A DNA stretch of 64,000 nt, taken from NCBI GenBank assembly GCA_002269645.1, contig NIVC01002433.1:110440-174439 (forward strand), read 5' to 3'. Origin of the DNA: Macrostomum lignano. Lineage: Eukaryota. The notes under the pieces were generated by a model, which was not told the DNA's origin, did no database searches, and saw only the letters and a program-made list of their open reading frames with translations. The position numbers and the translations under genes were made by a program. This document shows positions 47,125-58,300 of this stretch, piece by piece (positions within the stretch are counted from its first letter, which is position 1; every line of letters starts with the position of its first letter).

Positions 47125-48420
47125 CGAGGGCTGAGCAATAAGTTTCCGGATGTGCCCAGACAGAAATAGTTAGAGAAAAAACAGTTACATCTTTTCAAAG
47201 TACTCTTCAGCAGATTCGATGCAAATTTTCATGCGCTTAAATCACTTGCTGAAGCAGCTGGACCAATCTAAAGCAGGCACCTCCTCCACATGCCGTGTGA
47301 AGGCCTCCACTGCAGCTTTGGTGATCCATAGCGGATTCCACGCATCCTGCACTTGATTTGTGGAAGCACAAAAAAGTCGCAGGGGGCCAGGTCGGGGCTG
47401 TAGGGTGGATGACCGAGCTCTTGAATGCGCTCTCCGGCCAGGAACTACGCCACCTGTCGAGCCTTGTGGGCCGGGGCGTTGTGATGAAGAAGGATGCCCC
47501 GAGCTCGAGTCCTTGGGCGACGCCTGGAGAGAGCGCTCAGCACTTCTGGCAGGCAAACGTTGGCGTACCAGTTACCGGTGACTGTGCGCTGCTGCATGAG
47601 TCGAATCGTGGCCAGATGACCGGTTTTCGCCACAAAAACAACCACCATCTGCTTCGCCACGCTGCGCTCTTGCCGAAGCTTGGATGGTGGGGTGCCGCCA
47701 ACTAGAGTCCGCTGGGCCGACTGCTGCTTAGTCTCCGGGTCGAAACTATAGATCCAGGACTCGTCACCACTGACAATATCCCAGACCGAGTTTGAGCTGC
47801 CTCCGTTAAATCTGTCGAGCATGGTGCGGCACCAGGTCACCCGAGCCTCCTGCTCCAGAGTCAGCTGATGAGGCATCCAGCGTGCAGAAATCTTGCTCAG
47901 GTTGAGCTGTGAATGCAGGATCGTCCTGATGGATCCTGATGAGATGCCCACCTCTGCCTCTATCTGGGCCACAGTCACTCGGGCATCATCCTCAACCATG
48001 GCCCGGACAGCAGCAACATTATCCTCGGTCGTTGCGGAGACAGACCGGCCGCTGCGCTCCTCATCATCCAGACTCTGCCTGCCGCGTCGAAATTCAACAA
48101 ACCAGTCAAAAACGGTGGATCTAGAAGGTGCTTCATCCCCAAAAGCTCGCAATCGCTCAAGACTTTCTTGCTGCCGCAAACCACTTTTAAAATCGTAATA
48201 GATCATTGCTCTAAAATGACTCCTATTGAGCTCCATTGTGAATTTGATAGATAGGGTGGGTATGCTAGCTTGGTTTGGGTGCTGCACTTGCTATAAATGA
48301 CCAGTGTGTCTGAAACTTTACAAACATTTTACTTATATAATGTACTTGACACCTATGGTGTCAGATTTTGTCAGCCGCCTCTCAACTATGCACATCCGGA
48401 AACTTATTGCTCAGCCCTCG
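47125..48420 (-). mobile_element. Mariner (Tc1/mariner, D,D34D-type) DNA transposon, full length 1296 bp
   Basis: Perfect 31-bp TIRs CGAGGGCTGAGCAATAAGTTTCCGGATGTGC (47125-47155 / 48390-48420); TA TSD at 47123-47124 and 48421-48422. Confidence 0.96.
47185..48236 (-). pseudogene. Defective mariner transposase
   Basis: MELNRSHFRAMIYYDF.., WMPHQL, IVSGDESW, HHNAPAH (Asp of HDNA missing), TAG at 47445-47447, HPPYSPDLAP then a frameshift, TGA near the end, ..EYFEKM*. Confidence 0.92.
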
Positions 48421-48422
48421 TA

Positions 48423-48650
48423 CGTTGATTGTGTAACGGTTTTCTTCATTTTAAGCGGATTTAAAGCGGAAATCAGTGCTGAAGACATCGCACGAATATT
48501 GGCATCACGTCTTACTCTTGTAACTCGCGCTCTTGCTCTTCTGTTGATAAAGCCAGAGACTATTTGGTCTGGCAGATTGCTCAAGTTCAGCATTCTCTCA
48601 GACGTACATGTAGTAGAGCAAATCAGAGTACAGGCAATTAAGAAAACCCT
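48423..48650 (-). other. Candidate second small prepropeptide-like ORF (76 codons, start not found) whose TAG stop is the mariner TA insertion site
   Basis: Open frame RVFLIACTLICSTTCTSERMLNLSNLPDQIVSGFINRRARARVTRVRRDANIRAMSSALISALNPLKMKKTVTQST; removing the mariner restores ACG TAG. Confidence 0.3.
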
Positions 48651-48706
48651 CTATCGTCCGTCCCCAGATTAAAGTGAATAAATGCTACCTGAGATTTAGT
48701 CTATGG

Positions 48707-48985
48707 CAGGCGCGTCGCCACCAGGGGGGACGTCCCCCTTCCAGTAAAAGCTATGGGGAGACATGCCGATGCTTGTACCCCCACCCACCCAACGTTGTGA
48801 CTCGTTATGGAAATCAATAATTTTGCTTCAGGGCAACAAAATATACGCCCTGCAGTGCCAAAATGAGTGCCTGCGGTGCTAAAATGAGTGTTGACAACAC
48901 CGATTCGAAAAATAATGTACATAAATATGCAGTAGAAATCTTAGCTCTATCCCTCCCTACCATAAAATCAATAGTGACGCCCCTG
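48707..48985. mobile_element. hAT-like MITE, 279 bp
   Basis: TIRs CAGGCGCGTCGCCA / TAGTGACGCCCCTG (11/14); 8-bp TSD GTCTATGG / GTCTACGG (7/8). Confidence 0.72.
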
Positions 48986-49446
48986 GTCTACGGCTCATTA
49001 ATCCTCTACCCATCAAGCGCATCGGGAAAGAGCTACTAAACAATAGACATGAGTACGAAGACACTGAGACCCATCCGGTTGCAAAGCAGGGATCAGAGCC
49101 TCTTCCCAATATGACTAAACCTACATGCAGTGCTGTTGCTATAGAACTGAAACACTAATCTGCTCAATTCCAACAAAACATCTTTCTTTAAAATGAAGCC
49201 CGCAAATTTCTGCATTATCTATGAATGCATGTCTAGCCAACAAGTGAGACTAACTAATAAAAATTCAACCATATAGACAAAACTAAATTAGCCGGCAATA
49301 CGATTATCACACACGCTGACCTAAGTAGCGTCCGTGGCAAGGATAAAGTCAAGTTTATTTGATTTATATTCAAGCATTTAACAGAAGCAAACAAACAGGA
49401 ATCTGCCTATTGTTGCCCGAAATTGCTACATCGATCGATCTAAGCA

Positions 49447-49859
49447 TTATGATTGATTGATTGATTTCTGCAGCTGTTTGCGAATCGCGCCGCGTAGAAA
49501 GTTGAACATTGGAATGTAAGACCGACGGCTCACATAAGTTGCCACTGCACCTGTGGGAGAGAGAAAATGATAACCAAATTATACAAGATGACTAAATTCG
49601 GATATAGGCTCAAAGCGTAGAGTCCAACCGTAAAAACCATGCACTCACCTTTCTTACTTCGGCTGCCGAATTGCAGAATTTTGCTGGGTGCTTCGCTGTT
49701 CTGCTGACTCGTCAGCTGTGGCATCGAAGCGGCCCTCAGGAACTGATTGGTCAGCCGACTGGCCACCTGGTCGATGGCAGCGTTCGGCATCGGCCGACCA
49801 CCGGCCACACCGATGGCCACTGCAGCCAAGCAGACGAGGGCGACAATCCTGTGATGCAT
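49447..49859 (-). CDS. Small secreted prepropeptide, 104 aa, unknown family
   Basis: Exons 49859-49649 and 49550-49447, 98-bp intron with GTGAGT donor and CTCTCTCCCACAG acceptor. MHHRIVALVCLAAVAIGVAGG (signal-peptide-like) ... SKKGAVATYVSRRSYIPMFNFLRGAIRKQLQKSINQS*. Confidence 0.72.
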
Positions 49860-49972
49860 CTTGGGGCAAAACAAATTCTAAAGTCAGGAATGAGCTGTAT
49901 ATTTGTCTGCGCCGGAAAAACTTTGCAGTGGCTGTCTGAAAGTTACCTGGGTGCTGTAGCTGGCGGTCTTGC

Positions 49973-49979
49973 TTATATA
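49973..49979 (-). promoter_or_regulatory. TATA-like box upstream of the secreted peptide gene
   Basis: CTATATAAG ~115 bp upstream of the ATG; CRE-like TTGACGTAA further upstream (~50090-50098). Confidence 0.35.
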
Positions 49980-50934
49980 GACGAATTGGAATTGGAATCG
50001 GTCGGTTGCTCTGAGAGTGGCCGGTGACATCTCTATTGAAGTTCTTCTCTGTAGAAAAATAGCTCAATTTTAGTGACTCCTCCGCCGCTTACGTCAAAGC
50101 TGGGTATAATAATTGGCAAATAATCGGAAATGGTCGTTTTTGGCTGCGCCAATTATAATAATTTGAAAACTACTGTCGCACCGCCTCTTCCAATGAATTT
50201 TGTTTATTCTATTTTTTTAGCCGGTAAGACTTTAATTGTTTCACCAATTTTTTCGGCAGCTGGCAAATTAAGACTTCTGTGAGTCACTGAAAGTTACGGG
50301 GAAAATACAGATCAGGTAGCTGCCGGAGAGAGCAGAGATACGGCTGTAGTGCCAGGCCGTGTGGTCGCGGAGGCTGCACAGCCCTGCTCGACTCCTGCTG
50401 GCCGCGTACACGATCGGCGTCGAGCTATAGTCTCCGGCCTAGCTGGTCCATCGCAGGCGGCATCTGTTGCGCCGTCGGCGACAGCTACAGCTGGCAGGCC
50501 ACGCACTGAGCGTTTCGTCGACGCCTCTCGTACTCCTTTACCTCATAGGATCATTAGTTCATTAACAAATCTGACCAACTGGCTGTTGTTAGCAGTGATT
50601 TATGGTTTCACAACCTTAAGCAGTATCATAAATCCTTCCAGATACATCTTACAGAGAGCTAGGGTTCCCGGCTAAAAACGCTACTACACATGCATTATGC
50701 GCAATTGATCATTTTCCGAGATGTTTTATCTTAGAACAGATACGAGCGTAGTCTTTAATTGACATCAAATCCTCATTTTATCCCCTGGAATCGCAGAGAG
50801 CTGAGCGGTCATCAATTTCAGTTGGTTTGGTTTCATGCTAGACCTTTACATGTACATGTACGTTGACGTACGCCCTTTCACTTTGGGCTAAATACACAGG
50901 TAGCATTATTAACAACTATAAATGCACTACCGAG

Positions 50935-51154
50935 GGGGGGGGGTTCACAAACTCGAAATTTAAAACGTCGAAAGCACCCTCCTTCACAAGGTCGAAATTT
51001 CACAACATCAAAAACTTTAGCAAGAGACTTCATAAGGTCGAAATTTCACAAGGTCAAAACTCATATAGCAGCCACTTTCACAAGTTTGAGTTTCGATGTT
51101 ATGAAATAATTTACTTTTCGACGTTGTGAAGTTTCGACCTTGTGAAAGCACCCC
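50935..51154. mobile_element. 220-bp MITE with G-rich termini and a perfect 8-bp TSD
   Basis: CTACCGAG at 50927-50934 and 51155-51162; termini GGGG..TTCACAA / TTGTGAAAGCACCCC; internal TTCACAAGGTCGAAATT repeats in both orientations. Confidence 0.72.
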
Positions 51155-52380
51155 CTACCGAGTATTCTCTGCATACGTAAAAGAAATTCGGGAGATAAAA
51201 AAGACTAATTTTGTTGAGTATTTTCAACGACGGTAATCCCCGCGCGCCGCGGTACCGATTATTTTAACACTTGTTTGTCCAATCAAAATTGCAAAAGCGT
51301 AATTTCCCACGCACAGCTGTAACGAACAATTCAGTAGTGATTGCTTGTTATCATTTTTTCATGCACCTGCTCAAGAGGAAAGTGGCTTGCTCAAATTCCA
51401 TTTTTAGACGACAGCTTTGAGGGCTGCTGGACGCAACTTTCAGGTAATTTCAAGGAGACTTGGAATTGTTGTGATGCCAAAGGCTAAGGGGTGGGGCCTG
51501 TTTTTTAGTAGGACCAGCATCAACAAGGATACAAAGGCCGACCGATCCGATATCGACCCCATGCCTTGTTAGGGATTCCCCCTTTTTAGCGGCTCTCTAA
51601 CTCATACAGATTGCTAACTTTTACACATGTGCATTGCATAGCGATCTAGTTGCGCCCTCAGAGATTCCAGCGGTCGGACCACATCAGCTGTTTATCGTTA
51701 CAAAAGAACAAGGGCTTGTTGAATACCTCAACAGTCTGAAGGGCTGCCGATTTGACTCTTGTTTCACAAGGTGCGCAACAAAAAGCATCCATAATTATTA
51801 GTAACCAAAAAACATAAATATTCATCATTCACTTTGTGCAATTTTGATTCGTATTTTTTTTCAAACAACAACAGTCGGGGGTGCCAGTGTAATTATATAA
51901 TGCAACGAGAATCATCGTATATAGAACAGATCTTAATTTTGGGGGCAGGCGGCGGGCGACTTATTAATTATTTTAGTGCTGGAACAACTAACTATATTTT
52001 AGTATAGTTGGTAAAGTACGCACAGTACGTGATGAAAATTAGTCTAGTATTTGATTTAATAATAATTATAAAATAAAAGTAAATTATAAAAGCTGAGAGA
52101 GAACCAGCAACAGCAAAGCAGAGTAACCAGAACAGAAATGAAAACACAAACAAACAGGTCACTGGGAGTTATCAACTGCCGACTAAATAATTAATATGGA
52201 GAACGGATAGTTTAAACGCGAAACGACAGCTAACAATGTTAATTCCAGGCTATTCCAGATATTATTAATACACATTATTACACCGTGCGGTGAATTTAGG
52301 ATGGGCCAGAGTGAGTCATCAGCCAGTATAACTTAAGCTAAGCCTATGTGCCTTAACTACTACTAGAAATCGATCATGTG

Positions 52381-55300
52381 TCAGTAGGGATTGAAGCGGT
52401 TGCCGCCGCCGCCGCCACCACCACCGCCTCGGCCGCCACCCATGCCGCCTCCGCGGCCGCCGCCGCCGCCAGTCGGAGCGGCGACCAGCTCGGGATTCTC
52501 TGGCCTGGCCATGGAGCAGCGGTTGCAGGACTCGCGCCACGAATAGTTGCGGTTGCGACAGCTCGGACAGACCCAGTCCGGCTCGCCAGTGCGACCTCCG
52601 CCGCGGCCGCCTCCGCCGAGCTGTTGAATGTTGCTGCCGCCTCCGCCGCCGCCGCCGGAACCTCCGACGCGACCGCCGCGCATCTTTCCGCCGCCATTGT
52701 TCATGCCGTAGCCGCCGCCGCCGCCGCCGCCTCCGCGACCTCCAGAGCCGCCAAGACGCTGCTGCATCTGGCCGTGCTGACCGCCCTGCTGTTGCTGGCC
52801 AGGTGGATTCAGCTGCGGCCGCTCAGAGTTCTTCGCTAGGCGAACAGTCAGGCCCTGCTGACCGTTGAACATCTGGATGGCAGTCTGGGAGCTGCTGGGA
52901 TCCAGGTAGCTGACTAGCGCGCGGCCGGTGGGCTGGCCCTGCTGCTTGAAGATCCAGATCATCGGCATGCCCGACTTGTCGTTAATGCGAACCTGTACAC
53001 AGTTGGCGCGTGCGATTGGGGAACCGGTGAAATCACGTGATGCTAGACTAGCAATTATAGGGCGATTCTCATGCTGATTATGGGGCGATTCTCATGCTGA
53101 TTATGGGGGGGGGGCGATTCTCATGCTGATTATGGGGGCGATTCTCATGCTGATTATGGGGGCGATTCTCATGCTGATTATGGGGGCGATTCTCATGCTG
53201 ATTATGGGGCAATTCTCACACTGACTACGTGGCAATTCTAATGTCAAGACTGAGCAAAAAGTCACAGACAGTAGTTAAATTTAACTGACCTGACCGGCAT
53301 TCTGAAACTGCTGCAGCAACAGTTCGTGAGTACTTTGCTCAGATGTCAGACCCTCGATCAGCACGGTGTCCGGCCGTTCCGCATCCGGGTCCATGTTGTG
53401 GCCACCCCCGCCGCCGCCTCCTCCATCGCCCAGCCGAGTAACGAAGCTGCCTCCGCCGCCTCCACCTTGACGCTGCTGTTGGATGTTCTGTCGTAGATCT
53501 GTACGATTCAGCAAGACACGAGTTGCCAGGTGAATAATAGTATGAACATAATAAATAAATAATATTCTAATAATATGCTATTACTGTTTTCAGTAAGTTG
53601 ACATTCCCAAAGAGTTTTAATTTCTATATTTGAAGTTTGAAAACTGCATTATGTTACGAGTAAAAAGATTTTTTTAACAACCGTCAAACTTTTATTTAGT
53701 AGCAAGTTTGGGACATTGACGCTATATTTTGTGTAAATATATAAAAACGACGATACAAATTTGATAATAAAAATTACATTAATACACGTATAAGCTACTG
53801 AACCGTGGTATTTTTAGTATAGTAGCATTAAAACTTCCAAAGTTAGGACTACACAAAACTCATCAAATGCAGCTTTCAAATTAATAATTATTTAAAAATT
53901 ATTTTAATTTGACTTTATAAGATGTACAGACCAAACTAAAACGAAACTACTAATAAAAATACAAATGCACTCGTTTTAAAGCACTAAAACTTTTTATAAG
54001 CTACAGCTTTTGAAATTAAATATTAAACCTTTGAAAAAAACAAGATAAAATTATGCTTGTCTACCAAACTTTACTTGGTGACTTACACAAAATTATAAAT
54101 CACTCAACAGTTACTTAATATTCCATTTTTTGAATTGTACCAAAATACTTTTTAAACCACAAAAAGACTAATTCAAAAGTACACTTTTCTTTAAGTAATT
54201 ACTTTAAAAAGTAACACAACTGACTAAAAGTACATTTAATATGTTCTGGTTAAATTTAAAACCATAATTTTTCACCAAAAATATCACTAAAGTTAAAATT
54301 CGCTATTACAGGACATGGTTTTAGCTAGCAAATTTAACAGCCAAGCAAATCCATACCCCACCCACCCACGTGAAAATCAGTTGAAATAAAGTTTACAAAA
54401 AATTTCATATTGACAACTTACCGCCCGACATAGACGAAGCCCCTGAACCACCGCGACCGCTGCGAGTTGAGAACAAATTAAATAATTCGTGACATAAAAA
54501 CTCGTCAGCTTAACCGCGACTCTTTAAAAAATATAGACGACAAATTATGGCGACAATTGATAGATAGTAATGAATAATAATAATAGTAATAGTAGTAATA
54601 ACAGTACAAACGCTGGTGCAGACAAACTGTCTTCTTTTTAAAAACCTTTTTTTGCGCAAGGCGACGAACTGGAGTGACTCGAGGCGACAAGGACAGTCGC
54701 TCTGGCCCGCAAAGCCTCTCTAGCCGGCTCTCGGGGTCCTTTGAAACTTCGCAATAGCAATCCAGCCAGCTCAATGTTTGTGTTTATATCTCTTCTCTAC
54801 TTTCCTCTATCATCGCCTCTCCTCTCTACTCTCCTCTACTCTCTTCTATCATCGCCTGTCCTCTCTACTCTCCTCTACTCTCTTCTATTATCGCCTCTCC
54901 TCTCTACTCTCCTCTACTCTCTTCTATTATCGCCTCTCCTCTCTACTCTCCTCTACTCTCTTCTATCATCGCCTCTCCTCTCTACTCTCCTGTCATCTCC
55001 TCTCTCCTTTCTCTCTTTTGTCTTTTTATCTCACTCCTCTATTCTCATTCTCTCACCTCTCCTTTCTTTCATCCCCCTTCTCTCTTCTTCATTCTCTCTC
55101 CTCTCTCCCCTCCAGCGGCCCGCAGTCATGCTCTGAGTTTATCTATCTGGCCGTTAAGGTAAAAAAGTTTACCAACCCCCTGATTCAAAAATGAGACCTT
55201 CAATAAAGACAAAGTGAAACTTTCACTTGGAGAGCTACTTAAATCAAGTAGTAGCGTATTGACAAACAAGACCTTAAAGGCAATATGCGACGCTTACACT

Positions 55301-58300
55301 TGGCTGAAAAAAGTGGAGAATATTAAACCGGTTAATAGCTGTTTTTAATAAATCAATAAATGCAGTAAGCAGTACAAACAAATAAATACACATATGCATG
55401 TGTTGATAAATGTTTGAGGTAGAAAGTTAAGATTATATTTATCAAGGAAGACAGTAAGACGAGATGGATTCGTATCGTTGAATGAAGTTGTGGCGAATTT
55501 TATGGCAAGAATTGAAAAATCAATAAATATTTATAATTTACTAATTTGCACAATTGGCAGTGTTGAAACGAAAAACTTTCTTTTTCTGTAGAAATTTTGA
55601 AATTAATTATGCACAGGACGGACTTTTAAAGACTACAGCAACTAGACAAGAAAAATCCCCCCTTGTTAAAACAGTTGTATTGTTAAAAAACTTGATTTAA
55701 AGAGCAGACATTATATAGCATGCTTTAAAAAGCAGATAAAACAAATTTAAATAATCATCCAACTACCCGCGAGCACTACTTACACAAGTACTATTGGTTG
55801 AAGAAAAACAGATTTCAGAAAAATAGGCCCCTCTTGCCAGTTTTAGCTTGGTTTTAGAAAAAAAATTGATAACTGTCTAAATAAAATCTTAAAAATTTAA
55901 ACTACTCACAGTAGCTTACAGATGTTGATTAATATTAGCTACGATAGAAATATAAGCAGACAAATGCGAAATGGATAAATTTATGAGCAAAAGACACAGA
56001 AACAGCTGCAAAAATAACTTTGGTGTCATTAATAAAGCAATGCAATTCTTCTTTTCTAAGAAACATAAATATCGTTATTATCTTTGGCAATTGCTTGTAA
56101 AAGGGATTATAAGTGTGCTACGATACTATAGAAAGTTTAGTTAAATCAGTATATAATAGATCAATTATTTTTTAACAATTATTGGCCCTGAAAGTTTCGC
56201 ATCCAGTTAGAATGAATGCATAATCAGCTACGGCTGCGTACGGCTGCTCAGTCCAAGGACTGGGGGGGGGGTCGCATTGGGAATCGAACCTCCGACCTTC
56301 AAGTCGTGAGTCCGATGCTCAACCACTAGGCTAAATCCTATTTTATGACTGAAAGACTGAAAAGACTGGAAGCTAATATCTCGTGATAGTATTATTACTA
56401 AAAGTTATTAAATCCACTGCCTTAGAGATATTTGGCTTAAGCCATAGTACGAGTATTTCGAGTCTACAAGACAAAAGTTACTTAAACATTATAAAGTAGT
56501 TCACGAAGCTTTGGACAACTCCAACGGCCCGCCACACCAGCAAAACCATGACTAGACAAAATAAACAGAAAATTAGAGAAACTTCATAACAGATACAAAT
56601 CAAACTAATTGGATGGACAAAACTATTGAAAAATGTCTCGGTCAAAGACAAAAGGAGACACACCAATATACTGATTAGCCATAATAGAAAAAAATTCGAT
56701 AACTAATAAATGAACAATATCGCAACTTCAGACCCGCAAACTAACTAATCGAAAAATGTTGTGTTAATCGTGTATAATTTTCAAAGCAGAAACTTGTTGA
56801 GCTTTGAAGCAGAAGAAATTGAAGAGAGAAGCAGACAGCAGGCAGTTGATTGTATGAGACAGCCATATAATACGTGTACTTTGTGAACTAATAGAAGAAG
56901 CTTCAAATAGATCAGAACAACTCACCGATTAGAAGGCATCCGAGATGTCAGCGGTCGAATTCCGCCTCCGCTGCCAGTCATTTGCACTGGGCCAGCGGCC
57001 AGAGCCGCGGCGGCAGCGGCTGCAGCTACAGGATTTGTACGCTGCAGATGAGCCACCTGTTGTTGCTGCTGCTGCTGTTGCTGGGCAGCGGCGGCGGCAG
57101 CAGCGGCGGCTTGTTGCAGTCTCTGCTGGTCAAACGCGGTCATGTGGTGCTGCTGCTGCTGGGCGGCTAGCATAGCTGCAGGCACACCGCCAGCGTGCTG
57201 CCCTGTCGGGGGCGGCGGTGGCGGCTGATTCCATTGGGCCAGGCCCATCGCTTGGGCATTGTAGGCCGCCTGCAGCGAATTTGGGGGGCAAATATGGGAG
57301 CCATGGTTAATTCCAACTTGCAGATTAATTAATTTACTAATCGATTACAGGCAGATGTGCAACCGACAGCTCAGCCGCAGCTATTGCGCGGCGCATCTGA
57401 AGGCTGCGTACGGCTGTTCAGTCCGAGGACTGGGGGGGTCGCCACAAACCCTGAATTACCCCAGCTAATGCTGGCACCCATTTTACAGCCGGGTGAACTG
57501 AAGCAATGCAGAGTTAAGTGTCCTCTTCAAGGAGACAAATTGTTCTAATAGAATCGGGAATCGAACCCCCGACCTTCCGGCCACGAGTCCGACGCTCTAA
57601 CTACTAGGTTACAATCCCGGCAGGCTACAACCCCGGTAGGCTACAACCCCGGTAGGCTACAATCCCGGTAGGCTACAACCCCGGTAGGCTACAACCCCGG
57701 TAGGCTACAATTCCGGTAGGCTACAATCCCGGTAGGCTACAACCCCGGTAGGCTACAACCCCGGTAGGCTACAATCCCGGTAGGCTACAACCCCGGCAGG
57801 TTACAATCCCGGTAGGCTACAACCCCGGCAGGTTACAATCCCGGTAGGCTACAACCCCGGTAGTCTACAATCCCGGTAGGCTACAATCCCGGTAGGCTAC
57901 AATCCCGGTAGGCTACAATCCCGTTAGGCTACAACCCCGGTAGGCTACAACCCCAGTAGGCTACAACCCCGGTAGGCTACAACCCCGGCAGGTTACAATC
58001 CCGGTAGGCTACAACCCCGGTAGTCTACAATCCCGGTCGTTTTTTCATTGTCATTTCATTTCATTTGTCATTTTTTACTTTATCCGTATATTATACTGAA
58101 TGATGGAAGAACTGTTGCTATTGGATTTTAGCTACGGCTACTACGGCATGGGTCCGAAAAGTTTTTTAACGTAAAAGCCAAAGAGACGTGCGGAGAGATG
58201 AGAGAAGAAAGAGGTCATGCATTTGCCTTTCTATCTAGAACGACAGTGATGATCATTAGGGATTTCTGACTGCCAGACTGACTGTAACTCATTGATCATT

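Noticed and set aside
57550-57617. tRNA genes at 21.4, 56.3 and 57.6 kb
   Set aside because: A and B boxes are present, but copies diverge, lack a convincing cloverleaf, and continue into a shared non-tRNA body, so they are SINE heads.
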